From positions 1-51,282 of the forward strand of contig CAZWPQ010000014.1 in NCBI GenBank assembly GCA_964636085.1: a stretch of DNA of 51,282 bases, in the 5' to 3' direction. The stretch comes from an uncultured Nitrososphaerota archaeon (GTDB lineage Archaea > Asgardarchaeota > Njordarchaeia > Njordarchaeales > Panguiarchaeaceae). This document shows positions 27,870-36,248 of the stretch, piece after piece; the stretch's first letter is position 1; each line of letters opens with the position of its first letter. The translations under genes and the position numbers were made by a program. The notes beneath the pieces are model-generated. The model was not told the DNA's origin, made no database searches, and saw only the letters and a program-made list of their open reading frames with translations.

Positions 27870-28655
27870 ATGGAAATATTTATTTTGACTGTGCTGCTCG
27901 GAGTGCTCGTAGGGATAGTGGCATCATTCTTTGGTATTGGAGGGGGAGTATTATTTGTACCCATTCTAATTCTTGTTCTTAATTACGACACAAAAATGGC
28001 TATAGGAACATCGCTCTTAGCAGTATTTATTACCAGTATATCATCGGCACTGGCCTATGCCAAAAGGGAACGTATCGACTATAAGTTGGGCCTAATGTTG
28101 GAAACCGCAAGTATTCCAGGAGCGATATTTGGAGCGTATATAGTGACGATAGCTTCAGTCGTACTCCTCCGCAGAATATTTTCTATGTTCCTATATGCAC
28201 TCTCCATAAACATAGTGTGGAATAAAAAGCAATATTATAAAAGACAAAACAAACAGACACGTCCAAGAGACAAACTCATCAAAGCCGAAGCACTTTCCTT
28301 TATTGCAGGTATGCTATCAGCGATGCTTGGAATAGGCGGAGGAGTACTAAAGGTACCCGTGATGCTACTCGTTCTTAATATGCCAATACATCAGGCAACA
28401 GCAACCTCCAGCTTCATGGTCGTAATAACATCCCTTACAGGTCTAACACAGCATATCCTGCATGGATACGTAGTCATTAGAATGGGATTACTTCTAGGCA
28501 TAGGCGCTACATTGGGGGCACAAATAGGTGTCTATCTATCAGACCGCACGAAACCAAAAATGCTCCGCAAACTCTTCGCAATAATGCTTATGGTCATAGC
28601 AACCGAATTATTATTAGACAATGCCCATAAAAGCAGTACGCGATGCGGAGATTGA
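27870..28655 (+). CDS. TauE/SafE (TSUP) sulfite exporter family permease
   Basis: Duplicated GIGGG motifs (FFGIGGGVLFVP, MLGIGGGVLKVP), AIGTSL and ATATS, with ~8 TM. Confidence 0.9.
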   Translation: MEIFILTVLLGVLVGIVASFFGIGGGVLFVPILILVLNYDTKMAIGTSLLAVFITSISSALAYAKRERIDYKLGLMLETASIPGAIFGAYIVTIASVVLLRRIFSMFLYALSINIVWNKKQYYKRQNKQTRPRDKLIKAEALSFIAGMLSAMLGIGGGVLKVPVMLLVLNMPIHQATATSSFMVVITSLTGLTQHILHGYVVIRMGLLLGIGATLGAQIGVYLSDRTKPKMLRKLFAIMLMVIATELLLDNAHKSSTRCGD

Positions 28656-28824
28656 GATTATAATAAAATTTTCGACAAAAATGATTTTGTATGAATGAGC
28701 AATATAATGCCCAAAAACCCAAAAAAACAGTATGATTAAAGTAACACTATATATGGTGCCTTGTTAAGTGAAAATACTGTATATCCAAAGGAACTCTTGG
28801 AAGAAAATCACAATTCATGAATAT

Positions 28825-29997
28825 CTAGTACGAGATTAGAAAGTAATAGACATCATGCCATATCTTGAAGGCATCAGATTCCCTTAGCCTCACACGATTT
28901 TTCCTGTACTGTATCAACTTGTCCACATATTCCTTTGTACAAAAATTATGAGGAAACTTTAATGGCGAGGGACGAGTGCCAAGAATTTCGTAGGAGATCC
29001 CGTTCTTATCTTGGAGACTATCCAATGCATCCTTTATCATATCGTAGGAAATACTCGACGCTGAAAATATCAATGATTTTGCACGGCTTTCCGATTCGAT
29101 AATTAGTTTTTTCACGATGTAACTATCAAAGACCGTGCGGAACTCCGAAACATCCTTTACTCCTAAATTAGGTAGGTATGGTGGGTTAGATATAACCAAG
29201 TCAAATTTAAGCTTCCTTGGTATGTTGTCATATACATCCGATATAAAACCCCTTATTTTCTTCCTCCCTCGAGCCTTCTTTGTTCTTGAGATGTTGACAA
29301 ATGCGTTGAAAATACTGGTGTATATGGGCGTAATAAATATGTCAGAAAAATAAAGATGTGTTATGTGGGGGAATTTTTTGAGCAAATATATCCCAAGGAT
29401 CCCAGTCCCAGAACCTAAATCCAGCACAGTTCTCGTTCTCGTATCCACCAAATCCTTCCTTCTGACCAAATATAGCATATAGAGCGAATCCATATTAGGC
29501 GGCCACAATATGTTTGTCCTTTTATAATAGATTATAATACCATCATATACAAACATGACAACGCCATTCAAAAACAGCCTATAAACCTCTTTGCCAAACT
29601 CAGAGCTATGTAGTGGACACGAATCACCCCTATATCTGCCAGGCAAATTACAATTACATGGAAGAACAAGACTTGGCTCCCAAATCCTTAGCATCTTATC
29701 TTTCCCAAGAATAATATATGCTATATACGACAGATCATCCCTTATGGATATTATTAGCGACAGATTAAACACTCTCGGAAAAATTATTCTCCTTAACCTC
29801 GAATTGACGATGCCCAAGAATAGGCCATAATTATTAAATACACATGCATCAAAATCCAAAAATCCACATTCGGCTGGCGAGTTATCGCTATTTTTGAACT
29901 TCCAGACCTTTGAGTCATATTTACTTAATTTTTCCACAATATCTTCAAAATTTTTTCCTCCTGTAGACTCATGTATAAGCCTCAACTGCTTTAGCAT
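28825..29997 (-). CDS. class I SAM-dependent methyltransferase, HemK/PrmC-like, with ~150-aa N-terminal extension
   Basis: VLDLGSGTGILGI, FDLVISNPPY, and upstream WPPNMDSLYML resembling the HemK2 PxEDS motif. Confidence 0.8.
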   Translation of the reverse strand: MLKQLRLIHESTGGKNFEDIVEKLSKYDSKVWKFKNSDNSPAECGFLDFDACVFNNYGLFLGIVNSRLRRIIFPRVFNLSLIISIRDDLSYIAYIILGKDKMLRIWEPSLVLPCNCNLPGRYRGDSCPLHSSEFGKEVYRLFLNGVVMFVYDGIIIYYKRTNILWPPNMDSLYMLYLVRRKDLVDTRTRTVLDLGSGTGILGIYLLKKFPHITHLYFSDIFITPIYTSIFNAFVNISRTKKARGRKKIRGFISDVYDNIPRKLKFDLVISNPPYLPNLGVKDVSEFRTVFDSYIVKKLIIESESRAKSLIFSASSISYDMIKDALDSLQDKNGISYEILGTRPSPLKFPHNFCTKEYVDKLIQYRKNRVRLRESDAFKIWHDVYYFLISY

Positions 29998-30114
29998 AAT
30001 ACGCTCCTACAATTTATTAAGCCTAGTTTAGAATATTAAAATTTATTTATTATACATAAAAATATGATAAAATCACCACACGCTACTCAGCTTAGAAAAA
30101 TCTCCTTGAAATGC

Positions 30115-30706
30115 TTATTGGTCATTCCCCGCAACATCATTATTATTCTCCAGACCCAGACACAGGCTACTATAAGTATTATCTCTTATGCCTTCTGAAT
30201 CAAGAATTATGGTACCATATTCCTCAAATAAGACATCAAAATACATTTCCTTCAAGATGTTAAATATAGGGCCGCCTTGTATCATATATCCGGAGACAAA
30301 TCCATCGTTCCTGTTATAAAACGCTATAAACGAAATTTTTACATTTTTCATCCCTAAGGGCCATATAGACTTCATATAAGTATTCTCCTATATCTTTAAA
30401 TTGCTGGCGACATTGTTCATCTTCTATTTTATCAATACGTTTACCTAGACTATCAATTCCCCTCTGTAGCCTACTATCTAGACTATCGATTTCCATCCGT
30501 AGCCTATCAATTTCGGAGCTTAATATATCAAGCATTAAAAATCTAAGTATAAGAGAGACAAACCCAACAATGAGTATTAGAACTAGATAGTATGCATATT
30601 TATTGTTTAGGAAGAATTCGATCTCATGAATCATCAGGGGAACAGCCACGCATATCGCTATCAGCAACCCTTCACCATATGTTTTGATGATCTCGCGTAT
30701 TTGCAT
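30115..30706 (-). CDS. 2-TM plus coiled-coil membrane protein, probably one gene split by a 1-nt frameshift at T5 30344-30348
   Basis: ORFs 30314..30706 and 30115..30375 overlap. Removing one A gives ...ALRDENVKISFIAFYNRNDG... Heptad repeat LSSEIDRLRMEIDSLDSRLQRGIDSL. Confidence 0.55.
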
Positions 30707-30845
30707 GAATCCATCACCTTACATAAGTAAAAGCAATTCAAGAAGAAAATTTTAAATAAGAAGGAAAATATATAAAAAATGATTTGTTTAATAAAAAAGT
30801 TTAATCAACATTAAGAGGTAATATTGACCTACTTTTTCGATATAT

Positions 30846-31649
30846 GTGGTGATTATTCTGTATTCCTTAAAACGATTGCTTGATCGTCTACTTAAGGACG
30901 AAGAGATTATTGGCATAGTCGTTTTTGGAAAGTGTCTCTCTATTGGACACCAAGAGGTGTTATGTTTACCGCTAGATCAGTTAAGGAATTCTCTGGAGGA
31001 AAGCGATATAGATCTCCTAATATTTACGAAAAGAAAGTCTCTCGCAATAATGTCCTATATTGAAGAAGCACTCAGGCATGAGGACATACACATTGTTTTC
31101 CATCCCGATTTTTATTCTGTGAGGCCTTCAGATAAGGTGACTTTTGACATCATCGTTGTTCCGAGGGGTACAAGATGGTTTAGTAGGGATAACCTTGGAC
31201 GCCTCATAGGTCTATCCATATTTTCCTCAGAATATATATTGCTAAGTGACTATCCTATTGAGAAACTGCTTGTGTTGCCTAAGAAGGCTGATAGTATGTC
31301 TGAGAGAATAAATCTTGTCTTGAAGGGGTATGGCGGGCTTTACTATTTTATTACGGGGCTTTGGTCGGCAATAGGTAATAAAAATCTCGTCGATGCGCGG
31401 CGAATACTTAAGTGGGCCATAATAGATACTGTTTGGGCATTAGAGGGAAAGTTCATAAGAGATGACCCCTACCGTTGTGTAGATATCCTCAATAGTCGTC
31501 TAGGTGATATATGTGAGGAATATGGAGCCACATTGGATATATTTTTGGGCAAAAGAAGAGTGAATCCTTCTCTACAACTAATGAAGGATGTATATGGATT
31601 CATAGAATTTCTGATAGGTTCACTACGACAAATCCTAAGTGAGGGATGA
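30846..31649 (+). CDS. Pol-beta-superfamily nucleotidyltransferase-like protein with helical C-terminal domain
   Basis: IIGIVVFGK...ESDIDLLIF...TFDIIVVP (GS replaced by GK, three Asp retained), followed by a helical substrate-binding-like region. Confidence 0.6.
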   Translation: MVIILYSLKRLLDRLLKDEEIIGIVVFGKCLSIGHQEVLCLPLDQLRNSLEESDIDLLIFTKRKSLAIMSYIEEALRHEDIHIVFHPDFYSVRPSDKVTFDIIVVPRGTRWFSRDNLGRLIGLSIFSSEYILLSDYPIEKLLVLPKKADSMSERINLVLKGYGGLYYFITGLWSAIGNKNLVDARRILKWAIIDTVWALEGKFIRDDPYRCVDILNSRLGDICEEYGATLDIFLGKRRVNPSLQLMKDVYGFIEFLIGSLRQILSEG

Positions 31650-31905
31650 ACATCACATAGTCATGCAGACGGTGTTGATCTCATCTCTCTAAACATCTTT
31701 CTAAATCCCAGCTACCTGTAGCTCTGTTTTTGATTCGTTGCAAGAGAGATATCTTCGCCATCATAATTATGACATGGGCTGTGGGAAAATCCTTGTTTTT
31801 GTTGAATGTTACAAAGTCCATTAAATGTTTCTTTGAAGTAGTCGTTGGTGCTTAAAAAGCTTTTTTTAATATTCATAACAGTTTGTTATTGTTTGGCGAC
31901 TTTAT

Positions 31906-32547
31906 ATGGAGCCTAGGGACATCATATCGCTTTTATATGCCAATAGGAACAAGAGAAATATTGCTGGTATGAACCGCTACGATATAGTCTCTAAGGCAGA
32001 GATTCTGGGGGTTTCTAAGCCAGCCCTCAGAAGAATAGCCAAGAATATAGGTAGGAACCATAAACTTGCCCTAGAATTATGGGAGTCTGGGATACATGAG
32101 GCAAGAATACTTGCATCAATAATAGCAGATCCTGACAAGCATGATGAGAAGACAATGGATTCATGGGTTAGAGATATTGACAACTGGGATTTATGCGACC
32201 AATGTGTACTGAATTTGTTTTGGAGGACTACATATGCCGTTAAAAAAGCTAAAGAGTGGAGCCTATCGGGAGAAGAATTTGTTAGACGTGCTGGAATAGT
32301 TTTGATGGCTAGGCTCGCATGGAGGGACAAGACACTGGATGACGGGGTATTTATCGATTTTTTAGAGATCCTAGAGAAAATTATAGATGATAAGCGTAGA
32401 TATGTCTGGAAGGCAATCGTTTGGGCCCTCAAAAAAATTGGGCTTAGAAATAAAAGACTCAAGGAATTGGCCAATAATTTCTGCAATAGGATAAGGAGAA
32501 AGGGCCAAGGGATTGTGAATGAGGTGCTAAGATACCTCAACAAATAG
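31906..32547 (+). CDS. alkD: DNA alkylation repair protein, AlkD family (HEAT-like repeats)
   Basis: GVSKPALRRIAK, LALELWESGIHEARILA, IDNWDLCD, EEFVRRAG and YVWKAIVWAL. Confidence 0.85.
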   Translation: MEPRDIISLLYANRNKRNIAGMNRYDIVSKAEILGVSKPALRRIAKNIGRNHKLALELWESGIHEARILASIIADPDKHDEKTMDSWVRDIDNWDLCDQCVLNLFWRTTYAVKKAKEWSLSGEEFVRRAGIVLMARLAWRDKTLDDGVFIDFLEILEKIIDDKRRYVWKAIVWALKKIGLRNKRLKELANNFCNRIRRKGQGIVNEVLRYLNK

Positions 32548-32581
32548 CCATGAAGTAGCGATGTATATTGGGGGTCTAGGT

Positions 32582-33043
32582 ATGAATGAAGAAAACGTCA
32601 TTATCAGAGAGTTCAGGATGAAGGATTATAACGAATGCGTCAAACTCTGGCGTATATGTGGCCTATATGTCTGGTACATGGACAATAAGGAAGACATAAG
32701 AAAATACTGCAAAAAGAACAGGGAACTCTTCCTAGTTGCAGAGATCAACGGCAAAATCGTGGGAAGCGTCATGGCCCTATACTCTGGTAATTTTGCGCTT
32801 GTTTATCACCTAGGGGTACTGCCGGAGTATCGTTTGAGGGGTATCGGGAGAATGTTGATGAAGGAAATCCTCAATAGACTCAGAAGAAAGGGGGCGAGGT
32901 TTGCATTTGTTATCGTCCATAGTAGACATAGGGATGCTATAGGGTTCTATAGAAAACTGGGATTTAGAAGCGTTGGACGATTTACAGGGATGTACATATC
33001 ATTGGGTTTGAAGAGAAAAAAGAAGACCAAAAAGCAGTCTTAA
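32582..33043 (+). CDS. GNAT family N-acetyltransferase
   Basis: LGVLPEYRLRGIGRMLM (acetyl-CoA motif A) and AIGFYRKLGF. ATG 32582 follows GGGGG/AGGT (ORF track start 32561). Confidence 0.9.
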   Translation: MNEENVIIREFRMKDYNECVKLWRICGLYVWYMDNKEDIRKYCKKNRELFLVAEINGKIVGSVMALYSGNFALVYHLGVLPEYRLRGIGRMLMKEILNRLRRKGARFAFVIVHSRHRDAIGFYRKLGFRSVGRFTGMYISLGLKRKKKTKKQS

Positions 33044-33051
33044 TCATGAGA

Positions 33052-33480
33052 TTATTCTGAGATTATCTCAAACAAGTTACCTATCTCTGTTTTCTCGGCC
33101 ATATTGATTGCCTCCTCAAGATCTATGGAATTAAAGAGACTTGCATACTTGTCTCTTAGAACCATCCTAACTGACTTATTAGTCTTCCTATTCTTCACGA
33201 ATATCGATACAGAGCTATTATGCATCAGCCTTATATTTCCTTTTCCAACCGTACATTTTGTTGCACACTGAAATCCATCCACAATACATGTATATGGAGT
33301 TTTAAGAGGCATCCCTAGCACGGCCTCAAGATCAAACTCAGTTTTAGGCTTCAAAAGCTCAACCGCATATATCCCTGCCCTATAGCCAAGGATGAGGAAG
33401 GGGCCCTTGTGTCCATGGAAAGCAGCGGCGTCTTCTAGACTCAGTCTTTTATCGACGCGATACTTATCTAGGCTCCCCAA
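33052..33480 (-). CDS. FmdE/FwdE family protein (formylmethanofuran dehydrogenase subunit E-like, metal binding)
   Basis: FHGHKGPFLILGYRAG...CIVDGFQCATKCTVGKGN. It abuts the stop of the substrate-binding protein gene. Confidence 0.85.
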   Translation of the reverse strand: MGSLDKYRVDKRLSLEDAAAFHGHKGPFLILGYRAGIYAVELLKPKTEFDLEAVLGMPLKTPYTCIVDGFQCATKCTVGKGNIRLMHNSSVSIFVKNRKTNKSVRMVLRDKYASLFNSIDLEEAINMAEKTEIGNLFEIISE

Positions 33481-34476
33481 CTATTCTCTCCTCCTGATGA
33501 ATGTGATTATTATGATTGCCTCTACGATGGCTAGGATGACAAATGCTATAGATATCCACCTCCAGAGATCTACTTTTCTTTCTAGTTGCTGTATCTGAAC
33601 CTTGTAATCATAATATTTCAATCCATCCAATAATTGCTTAGCGTTATGTAGCATCATTTGGGTCAGGTTGTTTGCCTCGGGAACTACTCCTGGGAAGTTT
33701 ATCAGTACGACATGCACGGCGCCAATATCCTCGGCTATGCGTTCACCAAGAGATACGCCGCTGTGAAGATTATCTATCACGAGTTTTGCCCCAGATTCTG
33801 TGGCATTTTCCTCAATTTCTACTATATCTTCTTCCGATACCTTCTCTGATGGACCGAACACCGCAACAATATCAAATCCCAAGAACTCAACGAAGTTCTT
33901 TTGCCACTCCATAACCACCACAGGTGTATCCTCAAAACTATTATTTTGGGATATTTCGATGAGCCTTTCCTCTGTTTCATTTATTGCTTGCAGACACTTA
34001 TCCAGTCTTGTACTTACATCGATACCAAGCACACTAGATAAGGCATCCGCCACATTTATATATAGTTGCCTAGCAGCCGAGGGAGTATTCCAATCCGTAC
34101 CCACATCCACTATATCCACATCCAAATCACCAGATTGATTAGCCATGTTGATCAATTCATCAAACCAGCGCTCCCCAAACAATAAACCATGCTTAAGTAT
34201 CAGACTTGCATTTCTTATCAGGTCAACATCACTAGGTTTAACATCATAGTGACCCGGACATAACGACGGTGGAACAATATATTGGACATCAACAAGACCT
34301 CCCGCAATATCCTCCACAATACTGGATAACACTGTCGTTGTTGTAACAATTAAGGGTTTTGAATCATCGCTAGTGTGGATATCACTTGGCATTACCGTTA
34401 GAGAATAGCTATGATTCGCTAAGAGTATGAAATACATGAATATTAGGCCCATAATTACCTTATTTTTCCACTTCAT
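33481..34476 (-). CDS. metal ABC transporter substrate-binding protein (TroA/ZnuA cluster A-I) with C-terminal membrane anchor
   Basis: IVTTTTVLSSIVEDIAG, PPSLCPGHYDVKPSD and ASLILKHG, then a C-terminal TM followed by RRRE. ATG 34476 follows an AGGTG SD (ORF track start 34497). Confidence 0.85.
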   Translation of the reverse strand: MKWKNKVIMGLIFMYFILLANHSYSLTVMPSDIHTSDDSKPLIVTTTTVLSSIVEDIAGGLVDVQYIVPPSLCPGHYDVKPSDVDLIRNASLILKHGLLFGERWFDELINMANQSGDLDVDIVDVGTDWNTPSAARQLYINVADALSSVLGIDVSTRLDKCLQAINETEERLIEISQNNSFEDTPVVVMEWQKNFVEFLGFDIVAVFGPSEKVSEEDIVEIEENATESGAKLVIDNLHSGVSLGERIAEDIGAVHVVLINFPGVVPEANNLTQMMLHNAKQLLDGLKYYDYKVQIQQLERKVDLWRWISIAFVILAIVEAIIIITFIRRRE

Positions 34477-34503
34477 ATGGTAACACCTTTTTGGCAAATA
34501 TTA

Positions 34504-34544
34504 ACACTATATATCATTAATATCGATTATGTATATAATAGTGT
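34504..34544. promoter_or_regulatory. imperfect inverted repeat in the divergent promoter of the metal ABC genes (candidate metalloregulator operator)
   Basis: ACACTATATATCATTAAT...ATTATGTATATAATAGTGT overlaps the TATA-like elements of both directions. Confidence 0.4.
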
Positions 34545-34564
34545 ATATGTAATGGTGAATACAT

Positions 34565-35242
34565 GTGAACTTTGCAGTGTATATAGAGAACGTATCAACA
34601 TCCTATCCAAGAAGCAATGATGTAGCACTAAGAAATGTCAGCATTAAAATACCATACAAAACAATAACACTGGTCACGGGACCAAATGGTGCTGGAAAAA
34701 CAACACTACTAGAGTTAATTTTGGGTTTTCTGAAGCCACTCAAGGGGAGTATATATGTTCTAGGATACCCCATGCCCAAAAATGCGATGAGGGTTAGACG
34801 CATGTGTGGTTATGTTATGCAGAACTTTATGAAGCCTCCGGATACCCCATATACTGCTTTTGATGTGGCTATTATGGGCCTGGCACCATACAAGCCCCCA
34901 TTCGCAAAGCTGACAGATAGCGAATATGATTATCTGAACAGACTAACCAAACTACTTGGTGTAGAGGACATACTATATAAACCATTTGGAACGCTTAGTG
35001 GTGGTCAACAACAAAGAATTATGCTCTTGAGGGCTCTTTTGAGGAAACCTAGGCTTCTCCTTCTTGATGAGCCATTTTCATGCATAGACCAAGAATCTAG
35101 ACCAGAGTTTTCCAGACTTATACATAGGATACGGAAAACATATGGCACCACAATAATAGTTGTAAGCCATGATATTGGCCCACTCTTAGGCTACTCTGAC
35201 AGTATCATAAAAATGAGTAATGGAAGGGTGATATATTCATGA
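34565..35242 (+). CDS. metal ABC transporter ATP-binding protein (ZnuC-like)
   Basis: Walker A GPNGAGKTT, signature LSGGQQQR, Walker B LLLLDEP, and H-loop VSHD. Confidence 0.92.
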   Translation: MNFAVYIENVSTSYPRSNDVALRNVSIKIPYKTITLVTGPNGAGKTTLLELILGFLKPLKGSIYVLGYPMPKNAMRVRRMCGYVMQNFMKPPDTPYTAFDVAIMGLAPYKPPFAKLTDSEYDYLNRLTKLLGVEDILYKPFGTLSGGQQQRIMLLRALLRKPRLLLLDEPFSCIDQESRPEFSRLIHRIRKTYGTTIIVVSHDIGPLLGYSDSIIKMSNGRVIYS

Positions 35243-36069
35243 ATATTATGCTAATGATTTTAATGCAGAGTCTTGCTGCAGCCATCGTTTCAGGGGCTTT
35301 ATGTGGCTATATCGGAGTATATCTTAAAAGACTTAGGCTTATAACTCTAGGCTTCGCGGTTGCCCATGGAGCAATTGCTGGAGCATCCATTGCCTTTATG
35401 CTTGGGGTATCCATGGAGATGATCGCATTTCCATTTGGTATTGCGAGCGCCGTATTGATAGAAATATTGCATAGAAGATTTGGTGTTGAGAGGGACTTGG
35501 CATCTATGTTTGTTTTTTCTATGTCTTCAGCAATCGCCATAGTGGCTATCTATTTAACACCGACAATTCTACTTACTAGTGATGTAGCGTCTGTTATTCT
35601 ATGGGGAAGTATTTTGTCTATGACAAGAGAAAGGATAGTTTTCCTCTCAATCATACTTTTATCTGTTTATCTATATACATGGGCATTTAGATTAGAGCTT
35701 AACTCGCTGTTGTTTGACTCAAAGCTTGCTGAGGCGGAGGGGGTCAATATTGAGTTGCACACGATTTTTCTAGTGACAATAACGGCTCTTACAATAACAA
35801 TATTGATCAGATTTATTGGAGGATTATTATTGTTCTCGCTAGTCTATTCTCCAGCTATTGCCGCAACAACAATAACACACAAGAAGCAGACACTGATTAG
35901 TTCGATTATAGGTTCCCTATCGGGAGGGATAGGTGTTATTATCAGCTTCCATTACGACCTACCCATAGGATCAACAATAACACTTACTGTATGCACAATA
36001 ACAATTCTAGCAGTCATCATATCCTTTATCATTGATCGCCTCAAGCTTAAAAATTTGTATAGAGCTTAA
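35239..36069 (+). CDS. metal ABC transporter permease (ZnuB-like, ABC-3)
   Basis: AVAHGAIAG, ILWGSILS, FDSKLAEAEG and YDLPIGSTI, with an ATGA overlap with the ATPase. Confidence 0.9.
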   Translation: MNIMLMILMQSLAAAIVSGALCGYIGVYLKRLRLITLGFAVAHGAIAGASIAFMLGVSMEMIAFPFGIASAVLIEILHRRFGVERDLASMFVFSMSSAIAIVAIYLTPTILLTSDVASVILWGSILSMTRERIVFLSIILLSVYLYTWAFRLELNSLLFDSKLAEAEGVNIELHTIFLVTITALTITILIRFIGGLLLFSLVYSPAIAATTITHKKQTLISSIIGSLSGGIGVIISFHYDLPIGSTITLTVCTITILAVIISFIIDRLKLKNLYRA

Positions 36070-36248
36070 TGAGGAAAACTAGACTAGAAGATGCATGTGT
36101 GCGGGATTATACCGTTAGGGCAGAAGATATCTATTGGCAATATCTTGTTCTTCAATTCATATGGCTACCTGTCAGAAGTTGAAAAGGCAAAGTTTCCGTA
36201 GTATGGATTTAATGCTACAAAAAAATAGGAAAGATTTATATGTAAAAG

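Noticed and set aside
28825-29997. NPPY methyltransferase as a restriction-modification DNA methylase
   Set aside because: Motif spacing and the upstream PPNMDS motif fit HemK-like enzymes. There is no target-recognition domain or nuclease neighbour.
31977-32543. 188-aa antisense ORF over alkD, and similar antisense ORFs (7183..7593, 43307..43720, 46508..47011, 48557..49075 and others)
   Set aside because: They are shadow frames of well-supported genes on the opposite strand and carry no motifs of their own.
33052-33480. FmdE as evidence of a formylmethanofuran dehydrogenase operon or methanogenesis
   Set aside because: No other fmd/fwd genes are in the window, and FmdE-family genes commonly occur alone beside metal transporters.
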